From NCBI RefSeq assembly GCF_963921235.1, contig NC_086101.1, positions 6,326,001 to 6,390,000 of the forward strand: a stretch of DNA of 64,000 nt, given 5' to 3'. The number at the start of each line of letters is the position of its first letter. Within the stretch, counting starts at the first letter, position 1. Positions 13,790 through 23,987 of this stretch are shown here, one piece after another. The notes under the pieces were generated by a model, which saw only the letters and a list, made by a program, of their open reading frames with translations, searched no databases and had not been told where the DNA came from. A program made the position numbers and the translations under genes. This DNA is from Mobula hypostoma (Eukaryota).

Positions 13790-16700
13790 TGAGGGCAAAT
13801 TATCAGGCTATAGCTAGAACTTGCGGGTGTGAATTGGGATGATGTCTTTGCAGGGAAATGTACTATGGACATGTGGCCAATGTTTGGGGATCTCTTGCAG
13901 GATGATAGGGATAAATTTGTCCCGTGAGGAAGATAAAGAATGGTAGGGTAAAGGAACCATGGCTGACAAGTGAGGTGGAAAATCTAGTCAGGTGGAAGAA
14001 GGCAGCATACATGAGGTTTAGGATCAGGTGGGTCTATTAAGGAATATAGGGAAGCAAGAAAGGAGCTTAAGAAGGGGCTGAGAAGAGCAAGAAGGGGGCA
14101 TGAGAAGACCTTGGGGAGTAGGGTAAAGGAAAACCACCAGGCATTCTTCAATTATGTGAAGAAAAAAAGGATGAGTGGCGTGAAGGTAGGACCGATTAGA
14201 GATAAAGGTGGGAAGATGTGCCTGGAGGCCGTGGAAGTGAGCGAGGTCCTCAATGTAAAAAGGAAAAGACTGATAAAGACAAATGTAGGTCCCCTGCAAA
14301 CAGAAACAGGTGAATTGATTATGGGGAGCAAGGACATGGCAGACCAATTGAATAATTACTTTGGTTCTGTCTTCACTAAGGAGGACATAAATAATCTTCC
14401 AGAAATAGTAAGGGACAGAGGGTCCAGTGAGATGGAGGAACTGAGCGAAATACATGTTAGTAGGGAAGTGGTGTTAGGTAAATTGAAGGGATTGAAGGCA
14501 GATAAATCCCCAGGGCCAGATGGTCTGCATCCCAGAGTGCTTAAGGAAGTGGCCCAAGAAATAGTGGATGCATTAGTGATAATTTTTCAAAACTCGTTAG
14601 ATTCTGGACTAGTTCCTGAGGATTGGAGGGTGGCTAATGTAACCCCACTTTTTAAAAAAGGAGGGAGAGAGAAACCGGGGAATTATAGGCCAGTTAGCCT
14701 AACGTCGGTGGTGGGGAAACTGCTGGAGTCAGTTATCAAGGATGTGATAACAGCACATTTGGAAAGCGGTGAAATCATCGGACAAAGTCAGCATGGATTT
14801 GTGAAAGGAAAATCATGTCTGACGAATCTCATAGAATTTTTTGAGGATGTAACTAGTAGAGTGGATAGGGGAGAACCAGTGGATGTGGTATATTTGGATT
14901 TTCAAAAGGCTTTTGACAAGATCCCACACAGGAGATTAGTGTGCAAACTTAAAGCACACGGTATTGGGGGTAAGGTATTGGTGTGGGTGGAGAATTGGTT
15001 AGCAGACAGGAAGCAAAGAGTGGGAATAAACGGGACCTTTTCAGAATGGCAGGCGGTGACTAGTGGGGTACCGCAAGGCTCAGTGCTGGGACCCCAGTTG
15101 TTTACAATATATATTAATGACTTGGATGAGGGAATTAAATACAGCATCTCCAAGTTTGCGGATGACACGAAGCTGGGTGGCAGTGTTAGCAGTGAGGAGG
15201 ATGCTAAGAGGATGCAGGGTGACTTGGATAGGTTGGGTGAGTGGGCAAACTCATGGAAGATGCAATTTAATGTGGATAAATGTGAAGTTATCCACTTTGG
15301 TGGCAAAAATAGGAAAACAGATTATTATCTGAATGGTGGCCGATTAGGAAAAGGGGAGGTGCAACGAGACCTGGGTGTCATTATACACCAGTCATTGAAA
15401 GTGGGCATGCAGGTACAGCAGGCGGTGAAAAAGGCGAACGGTATGCTGGCATTTATAGCGAGAGGATTCGAGTACAGGAGCAGGGAGGTACTACTGCAGT
15501 TGTACAAGGCCTTGGTGAGACCACACCTGGAGTATTGTGTGCAGTTTTGGTCCCCTAATCTGAGGAAAGACATCTTTGCCATAGAGGGAGTACAAAGAAG
15601 GTTCACCAGATTGATTCCTGGGATGGCAGGTCTTTCATATGAAGAAAGACTGGATGAACTGGGCTTGTACTCGTTGGAATTTAGAAGATTGAGGGGGGAT
15701 CTGATTGAAACGTATAAGATCCTAAAGGGATTGGACAGGCTAGATGCGGGAAGATTGTTCCCGATGTTGGGGAGGTCTAGAACGAGGGGTCACAGTTTGA
15801 GGATAGAGGGGAAGCCTTTTAGGACCGAGGTTAGGAAAAACTTCTTCACACAGAGAGTGGTGAATCTGTGGAATTCTCTGCCACAGCAAACTGTTGAGGC
15901 CAGTTCATTAGCTATGTTTAAAAGGAAGTTAGATATGGCCCTTGTGGCTACAGGGGTCAGGGGGTATGGAGGGAAGGCTGGGTTCTGAGTTGGATGATCA
16001 GCCATTATCATAATAAATGGCGGTGCAGGCTCGAAGGGCCGAATGGCCTACTCCTGCACCTATTTTCTATGTTTTCTATGTTTCTAATACTTCTCATCGG
16101 CATTCACCAATGAGAGGGAACTTGATGAAGGGGAGGACAATATGAGTGAGGGTGATGTTCTGGAACATGTTGATATTAAGGGAGAGGAGGTGTTGGAGTT
16201 GTTAACATACATTAGGACGGATAAGTCCCCGGGGCTTGGCAGAATATTCCCCAGGCTGCTCCACGAGGCGAGGGAAGAGATTGCTGAGCCTCTGGCTAGG
16301 ATCTTTATGTCCTCATTGTCCACGGGAATGGTACCGGAGGAATGGAGGGAGGCGAATGTTGTCCCCTTGTTCAAAAAAGGTAGTAGGGATAGTCCAGGTA
16401 ATTATAGACCAGTGAGCCTTGCGTCTGTGGTGGGAAAGCTGTTGGAAAAGATTCTTAGAGTTAGGATCTCTGGGCATTTAGAGAATTATGGTCTGATCAG
16501 GGACAATCAGCATGGCTTTGTGAAGGGCAGATCGTGTCTAACAAGCCTGATAGAGTTCTTTGAGGAGGTGACCAGGCATATAGATGAGGGTAGTGCAGTG
16601 GATGTGACCTATATGGATTTTAGTAAGGCATTCAACCAGGTTCCACACGGTAGGCTTATTCAGAAAGTCAGAAGGCATGGGATCCAGGGAAGTTTGGCCA

Positions 16701-17763
16701 GGTGGATTCAGAATTGGCTTGCCTGCTGAAGGCAGAGGGTCATGGTGGAGGGAGTACATTCAGATTGGAGGATTGTGACTAGTGGTGTCCCACAAGGATC
16801 TGTTCTGGGATGTCTACTTTTCGTGATTTTTATTAATGACCTGGATGTGGGGGTAGATTGGTGGGTTGGCAAGTTTGCAGACGACACAAAGGTTGGTGGT
16901 GTTGTAGATAGTGTAGAGGAGTGTCAAAGATTGCAGAGAGACATTGATAGGATGCAGAAATGGCCTGAGAAGTGGCAGGTGGAGTTCAACCCAGAGAAGT
17001 GTGAGGTGGTACACTTTGGAAGGACAAACTCCAAGGCAGAGTACAAAGTAAATGGCAGGATACTTGGTAGTGTGGAGGAGCAGAGGGATCTCGGGGTACA
17101 TGTCCACAGATCCCTGAAAGTTGCCTCACAGGTGGATAGGGTAGTTAAGAAAGCTTATGGGGTGTTAGCTTTCATAAGTCGAGGGATAGAGTTTATGAGT
17201 CGCAATGTAATGACGCAGCTCTATAAAACTCCGGTTAGACCACACTTGGAGTATTGTGTCCAGTTCAGGTCGCCTCACGATTGGAAAGATGTAGAAGCAT
17301 TGGAAAGGGTACAAAGGAGATTTATCCTGGTTTAGAGAGTATGCATTATGATCAGAGATTAAGGGAGCTAGGGTTTTACTCTTTGGAGAGTAGGAGGATG
17401 AGAGGAGACATGACAGAGTTGTACAAAATAATAAGAGGAGTAGATAGGGTGGACAGCCAGCGCCTCTTCCCCAGGGCACCACTGCTCAATACAAGAGGAC
17501 ATGGCTTTAAGGTAATGGGTGGGAAGTTCAAGGGGGATATTAGAGGAAGGTTTTTCACTCAGAGAGTGGTTGGTGCGTGGAATGCACTGCCTGAGTCAGT
17601 GGTGGAGGCAGATACACTAGTGAAGTTTAAGAGACTACTAGACAGGTATATGGAGGAATTTAAGGTGGGGGCTTATATGGGAGGCAGGGTTTGAGGGTGG
17701 GCACAACATTGTGGGCCGAAGGGCCTGTACTGTGCTGTACAATTCTATGTTCTATGTTCTATG
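13790..17763 (+). mobile_element. 5'-truncated CR1 LINE (same family as 2426-6412), itself interrupted at 14255/16086
   Basis: Closely matches 2426-4560 on the opposite strand; RT motifs; (ttctatg)n tail at 17742-17763. Confidence 0.95.
14256..16085 (+). mobile_element. Young CR1 of a second subfamily with an uninterrupted RT-coding frame
   Basis: Supplies most of the 625-aa ORF 14111-15988: [36 protein letters not shown]; (ttttctatg)n tail. Confidence 0.95.
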
Positions 17764-18039
17764 AGTTTTTAAAATTTATGAACAGGAAAGAAAGATTAAT
17801 TTCAAGAAACTAAAGTTAATCTTAACTACCTGATTTTTTTCAAGAATGGTTGGCTACAAATTGATTCTCTACTTAAAACAATACTAACAATTATTTTTAG
17901 ATTATTATATCTGCAACTTACTGATCAAGCTAATGTACCATGAGCTGTAGATAGAATATTTCTTACACAGGGGTTCCTTGAGACCTGAAAATTATTTCAA
18001 GGGATCCTCCAGGGCAAAATGGTGAGAAAGGCTGATCTT

Positions 18040-19030
18040 GTCTGAGTCTGTGCCCCCTGGTCCTTGACTCACCCACTGTATCAAACATCCTCCCTTCATT
18101 GACCCTATCCAGACCTTTCAATATTCAATAGGTTTGAGAGCAATCCTCCCCCACTCTTCTAAACTCCAGTGAGTACAGGCTTAGAGCCATCAAACACTCC
18201 TCATATGTTAACCCTTTCATTTCTGGGATCTTTCTTGTGAACCTCCTCTGGCCCCTCTCCAATGCCAGCACATCCTTTCTTAGTCATGGGGCTCAAACCT
18301 GCTCACAATAGTCCAAGTGCAGCCAGACCAATGTCTTATAAAGCCCCTGCTTTTATATTCCATCCCTCTCAAAATGAATGCAAATATTTAATTTGTCCTC
18401 CTTACCAACCCAACCAGCAAGTTAACCTTCAGGGAATCTTACACAAGGTCTCCCAAATCACCTTGCACCCTGACCTTTCAAATTTCTCCCCATTTAGAAA
18501 ACAGTCTACACATTTCTTCTTTCGACCAAAGTGCATGATCATACACCTACCGACACGATTTCCATATACCAAGTTTTCCCAATCCTCAGACTTCCTACTA
18601 ATTTTTACTATGTTGTATGCTGTCTCTTTTGCTTTTATGCTGTCCTTCATTTCCCTTGTCGGCCATGGTTGCCTCATCGTCCCTTTAGTAAACTTCTTTC
18701 TCTTTGGGATTATCTAAGCTGCGCCTTCCGAATTGCTTCCAGAAACTTCAGCCTTTGCTGCTCTGCAGTCATCCCTGCCAGTATCCACCTCCAATCAAAT
18801 TTGCCATCTCCTCTCTCATGCCTCTGTAATTCCCTTTAGTCAACTGTAATACTGACACCTTTGGTTTTATCTTATCCCTCTCAGACTGGAGGGTCAATTA
18901 TATCACTGGCCCCTAAGGGTTCCTTTTCCTTAAGCTCTCTCAGTTGTTATTGCACAACACCAAATCCATAAGAGCTACTAGCGGGCTCAACCACAAGCTG
19001 CTCTAAAAAGCCACCTCATTGGCATTCTGC
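18040..19030 (-). mobile_element. Old CR1 fragments
   Basis: MHFGRKK and QPW.TREMKDSIK motifs; heavily deleted. Confidence 0.65.
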
Positions 19031-19076
19031 AATTGTGTATCATAAAGAAGGACAAATGAATCCTCGTAACTTTTAC

Positions 19077-19195
19077 CTTGATTTACGGCATCAAGAGTTT
19101 CTCTCAATGCTGTGTTCAAAAAATAGGGGTGATAGAATCTTTCAACTGGTAGGGCTCCATCTGTCACTGACAATTCATGGACATCATCACTAATC
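19077..19195 (-). CDS. TRIM-A exon 5 (linker)
   Basis: tacag|G ISDDVHELSVTDGALP...AVNQ G|gtaaaa; 119 nt, phase 2 to 1. Confidence 0.85.
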
Positions 19196-19282
19196 CTGTA
19201 AATATTAAACTGATGGTCACATTCTGCAATTTTGAATTGTTTCACAACTCCATAAAGAGTTTCAGTAAAGAGTGTGTCCTAC

Positions 19283-19305
19283 CTCCGCTCCCGACGAGCT
19301 TCCTC
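19283..19305 (-). CDS. TRIM-A exon 4 (23-nt micro-exon)
   Basis: ttattccag|GAGGAAGCTCGTCGGGAGCGGAG|gtagga; paralogous to 39253-39275. Confidence 0.85.
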
Positions 19306-20366
19306 CTGGAATAAATAAAACACAAATCTGAGAAGATTTAGGCTTACTGTCCACATCCTGAATTTCATCCAAGTCATTACAAGGTGTTACAAGTTCCCAC
19401 TCCTCAGTCACTCACACACACAAACAGTTCAGAATCACAGGGAAAATTACAGAGAATGTTTCTGAAAATTATACCACAAATGAATGGATGCAACTAACAG
19501 GAAAGGCTGAGCAGGTTGTGTATTTTTTATCTGGATATGATGACAGGATGATAAAATGGAGGAATATAAGATGAGTGATGGATTAAATTGGGTGCTGTTG
19601 GAGAAACCGTCTCTATTTATGGGGAGACCTTAAATTAAACATAAAATGCCAGGTGGTTTAGCAAAAGAACGTGGAAGTCACTGCCACAAGAGTGGTAGAA
19701 GTGGAACAGCAGAGATTGAATGTAATGGGGAAGTTGGTTAAATACGAGGGACCATGGAGTTTAGGGCACTGTTGCTGGGTGTGGTGAGGAGGTGGGATGA
19801 GGCTTGTTAAACAGGGAAATTGATAGGAGAAAATGGACTGACAGACCTGTCTATGATGTAAATTGGGATATAATCCAATGAAGAATATATGTGAAAAAGA
19901 AAACAGACAGTGCAAAATTCTCTAAAACAGTTAATCTGATACAATCTGGATATAGATGGTATAGATGGTAAGTGTGATGTGTGGGTCACATTCTGAAATT
20001 CAGCCTCGGTTCCCACTGATCGACAGAGAGACCCTCACACCCACCACACCAGACACACTCACAGCCTGTGACTGTAACTGGGTGTTACTCTGAGTATCGG
20101 GGGATATTATACGTGGGAATCACAGACGACGATCCCCAGCTCAGTGCTCTGATCACAGTAACTCATTCCCATGAAGGTTGCAGACTGTCCTGTGAGGTAC
20201 AGATGTTGTGAGAGGCCGGCTTGGGGAATGCAACAATCTGGAACAGTCAAAACATCTGTCAGGTTTAAATCAGTTTACAACTACAATATTTGTAAAGAAC
20301 ACATTGATTCAAAATACATTATTCTGTAACTGTACATATCTACAGAAACCAACTCAAAACTCTCAC

Positions 20367-20600
20367 CATGAGAAACATCACATTTTCTTGGTGATCCATC
20401 TGTTCCTGTAACTTGGAGATTTCCTCCTGAATGGAATTTATATTCTCTTGAATCTGTCGAAGATTTTTCTCCATTGGATTTAGAATCCTCTCCCCTTCTT
20501 CCCTGAGATCTCGGAGTGCATGCTTCTCTTTCTCGGTCATAATCCGGCGCAGTTCAGCAAACTGGGATGTGATGCGGGACTGAACGCTGTGTGACTGTTC
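20367..20600 (-). CDS. TRIM-A exon 3 (coiled coil)
   Basis: gacag|[19 protein letters not shown]...VMFLM|gtgaga; 234 nt, open. Confidence 0.88.
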
Positions 20601-20998
20601 CTGTCAAATGAAAGGAGAGGCTAGTTTATTGTTTGGCCATGAAATATTTCCTCCTGACATGGAAAGTGACCATTCAGTCCATTAAATTATATGGGAATTC
20701 ACAGAGCTTCAATCCCACTCCCTCACTTTCCCTGAAACCGATTGTTCCTCATTGACCCATTCATTTACACTTGATTCACAGACCACCCGCCTTCACAGGG
20801 TTAATTAAAGGAGCGAATTAAACATTCAACCGGGATTTCCTGGCAATGTCGGCCCATCGAGTTCACAAGGAGTACATGCAAACTCCCCGCAGACAGCACA
20901 AAAGACCAGGATCGAAAATAATCACCAAAGCTGATATTCTGTATTAAAGGGAACAAAACTACACAACAACATTGGAAATTCTCCCCCATAAGCCTCAC

Positions 20999-21094
20999 CC
21001 GAACTCCGGAAATCTTCTCTTTCTGTTGCCGCTCCATTTCCTCCAGCTCGGATTTCTTTTCTGTGAGAGATTCCAACGCAGATTTAACCCGGTC
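20999..21094 (-). CDS. TRIM-A exon 2 (coiled coil, 96 nt)
   Basis: cccag|DRVKSALESLTEKK...ISGVR|gtgagg. Confidence 0.88.
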
Positions 21095-21233
21095 CTGGGA
21101 AGCAGAGAGTGAAGGAATTAGACAATAAAGCTGCAGTGCCAATTCGGGCCAGTTTATTGTCATATACACCAGGGCTTAGAAAATAAATATGCAATGAAAA
21201 AAACATCAGGTGATCAAAATTGATTTGTCTTTC

Positions 21234-21643
21234 CCTATATACTTCAACAGCTTCTTTAATCGACAGGAAGCGGTGCTCTCTGTGTTCCCGCGTATGTCTA
21301 CAGATCACAGGAGCAGTTTCCTGTCCGTTTTACAAAACAGCTTCAGTTCTTCATCATGTTCCTTGCAGTGAAGTTTACTTTCCTTCCCTTTCGGATTCAG
21401 GTTTAGTTTTCGAGCTTTCTCAGACAGATTTGCTAAAGCCCGATTGATCGTTAGGGTGCGGTCCGCAAACTCCTCTCTACATTCCGGGCAGGAGTTTCTC
21501 TCCTCCCTTTCCCAACACTGTGTGATACAGGAGCGACAGAAGTTGTGTCCGCAGTCCAGCATAACCGAATCGGTGAAGAAATCCAGGCAGATGGGACAAA
21601 TTACCTCGTCGGTCCAACTCTCGACCTGTCCTTTCGAAGCCAT
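21234..21643 (-). pseudogene. TRIM-A exon 1 (RING + B-box) with frameshift and dead donor
   Basis: RING CPIC..CGHNFC..C..CPEC intact; B-box reads CTC CT GTG ATC versus CTC TGT GTG ATC in B; donor AGG|gaaaga. Confidence 0.9.
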
Positions 21644-21828
21644 TTTAACTCCCGGTACTTCCTGGTTCAGGATCCTTCCGGGGAGCCGCTGAATGCCTGC
21701 AATACCGCGATTGTCCTCTAGGGGCGCCGAAGTGTCGGGGAATGATCGTTCTGTTCCTACAAGTGTTCAAAGGGGCCGTTTGCACAACAAGGTGGGATCA
21801 GGAGCACATTAAACAGGTGGGAACATAA

Positions 21829-22114
21829 CTAACGCCTCAGCCATGGACAGTCCCATGCCCGACTGTGAAAAGAGGAGTATTGGGCATGGGTTTATCTACC
21901 CGTCCCGCAAAATCCCAGTGTGACAGATACGTCAACTGAATCCCCAAAGGCCTCACCCCTGGGATAGGAAGGACCTTCGCCTGCAAGATGATTGGTCGCC
22001 TGGTGTAAGGAGGCCCCAGAGGGCCGATCGGCGTTCGGCCCAGGACGGAGGCCTCTGCCGAGCTGCTGTTGGCAGCCTGTGCCCCAGCAGGCGTGATTGG
22101 CATAAGAAGATGCA
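21829..22114 (+). mobile_element. Short insertion with 8-bp TSD, probably a non-autonomous RTE-type element
   Basis: GAACATAA at 21821-21828 and 22115-22122; empty site in the paralogous TRIM-C upstream region; RTE-like ends. Confidence 0.55.
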
Positions 22115-22429
22115 GAACATAAGTGAAGCCGGAGAGAAGAGCCTGGTTCAGTCTGAAGCAGGACTGAAAGGGACAAGTTCTGAAAATAGAGACACTGGAC
22201 ACTGCAGATGCTGGAATCTCGAGCAAGAATCGAGATGCTGGAGGAACTGAGCGGGAGTTAACCCGAAATGTCGATTTTACATTTCCCTCCACAGATGCTG
22301 CCTATCCGCTGAGTTCCTCCAGCAGCTCGTTTAATTTTTATTGAGGTCTAAAGAGAGCCAGACTGGAGTTTAAAACTGTGGTTGAGTAAACATTTAAAGC
22401 AACTGTTAAATTAGTTCATGCCATAAAAC

Positions 22430-23107
22430 TGGGTGTGTGGAGAGAATATTCTGCTGTGAGGAGACAGATGCAGTTGCGATGATGACTTGTGGCTGCAGGA
22501 AAAAGCACATATACGTCACAGGGTGGAAAGTATTCGGTTTTTCAGTGAAGATCTGATTTCCACTGCCGTTCATATGAACAGGCTTCCTCACTTCACTCTG
22601 TCCGTCCCGGCTCCAATGGCAGGTCCGGTCTCCCTCACTCTGGACACACCCAACAAGTTGATTTTTTAGAAAATCATTACAGATTTTGTCTACCATAAAA
22701 ATATTCACAAATATAAAGTGTGTAATGCCCTTAGCCAATGAATTTACATTCAGAGTCAATGCGGTACTTAGTGTCCCTTTACATTCATTGAAACCGATCC
22801 GACTGTTGCTGCTCATGTTGCCCCCGAGGTGGTTCACTACGACAATAACAGAGAGACTTCCTCAGCCAACCCGGTCTCTCCCTGTCCAGTAGCAGAGGAA
22901 CCCTGTCCCATCAGCACGTACTCTGCAGCCTGGAAGGTGTCAGTCGTTCCACTCCTCTGCCGCAGTGGGTCCCATCCTTTCATAGACCACGAGATCGGGG
23001 CGTTTTGTCTGCTGCTGCCTCCTAAACCCGTCACCTGCTTCTGGGTGACGGAAGCAGCACCGCAGAGGCTGAAGGCCAGGGGAGAAGGCGGCGCAAAGGT
23101 CGGACAT
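22430..23107 (-). pseudogene. Putative decayed Ig-superfamily gene (leader + V-like exon and C2-like exon, CD2/SLAM/CEACAM-like)
   Basis: C2-like C-x10-W(SRDG)...TYMC with 47-aa Cys spacing after a phase-1 acceptor at 22689; frameshifted V-like remnants ASVTQKQVTGLGGS, ISWSMKG, ADGTGFLC. Confidence 0.4.
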
Positions 23108-23184
23108 GGTCACCTGTGCCGTCCAGTGACAGTGGAAGCAAAGGCTGCAACTCACGGAAAGCAAGGGAGGATGAAGGCCTTATG

Positions 23185-23790
23185 ATTGTCGCTACTTCCC
23201 GGCTGGATTTTCCATTCCCAGGCTTTTTCCATACCAGGCCATGATATAACCACGCAGTATACTCTCCACCACACATCTGAGGAAGTTTGTTGAGGTTTTA
23301 GATGTCTTGCGGAATCTTCACAAACTTTTGAGGAAGTAGAGTTACAGCCATGCTTTCATCGCAATCGCACTGGTGTCCCAGGCCCCGGACAGATGCTCTG
23401 AAATGATAACACGGAGGAATTTCAGGTTGCCGACCCTCTCCACCTCTGATCCCCGAGGCGGACTGGCTCATGAACCTCCTGAAGTCACTGATCAGCTCCT
23501 TGCTCTTGCTGACATTGAATGAGAGGTTGTTATTGTGACAAGGCTCAGCCAGATTTTCACCCTCCCTCCTGTATGCAGATTGGTCACCACCTTTAATGCG
23601 GCCAACAGCAGTGGTGTCGTCAACAAATGTAAACACGGCATTGGAGCTGTGCTGATCCTCACAGTCACAGGTATCCAAAGAGTAGAATGGAGGGGTGGGG
23701 AGATAGGCACACTGCCCTGGGGTGACCTGTGCTGATGGAGACTGTGGAGATGTTGCTGCCAATCTGAGCTGACTGGGTGGAGGTTTGGAT
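23185..23790 (-). mobile_element. Rex1/Babar LINE fragment
   Basis: FTFVDDTTAVGRI and NLSFNVSKSKELISDFRR. Confidence 0.75.
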
Positions 23791-23987
23791 GCGGAGCGGA
23801 GTCAGTGGAAATGGCATCAGCACAGGGAAGGGGAGTTTGTCAGGTGAGGGGCTGAACTGCCTCCCCTTGATTCGATTTTCCATGTTCTTCAGAGCCGTGG
23901 ATCGACTGAACTGAGGGAGCGTAGAAGGCGCTAGCGAATAAATAGAGGTGTAGAGCAGGAGGGTGAAAATATGGGGAAATATAAATA

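Larger units (their letters stand above)
12290..18034 (+). mobile_element. Decayed hAT (Buster/Charlie, ZBED5/SCAND3-like) DNA transposon interrupted by CR1 (~13790-17763)
   Basis: HTVAENLIMPA, QVDESTD, FVRFV and remnants of DG..M and C..HR motifs; right end gagaaaggctg (Charlie-type TIR) ends at 18034; left end not located. Confidence 0.8.
7282..21643 (-). pseudogene. TRIM-A: RBCC-B30.2 TRIM (TRIM27/39/A33-like); exon 1 disabled, exons 2-6 intact
   Basis: Exons 21643-21234, 21094-20999, 20600-20367, 19305-19283, 19195-19077, 7814-7282. Exon 1 is 410 nt versus 411 in TRIM-B (1-nt deletion, TGA at 21307-21305) and its donor is GA instead of GT at 21233-21232. Confidence 0.85.

Noticed and set aside
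12581..13817. Domesticated ZBED5/SCAND3/FAM200-like gene
   Set aside because: Multiple frameshifts, degenerate catalytic motifs, CR1 interruption and a retained transposon end
14111..15988. 625-aa ORF as a host gene or active LINE
   Set aside because: Chimeric CR1 ORF2 fragment with no endonuclease, ORF1, promoter or true ATG start
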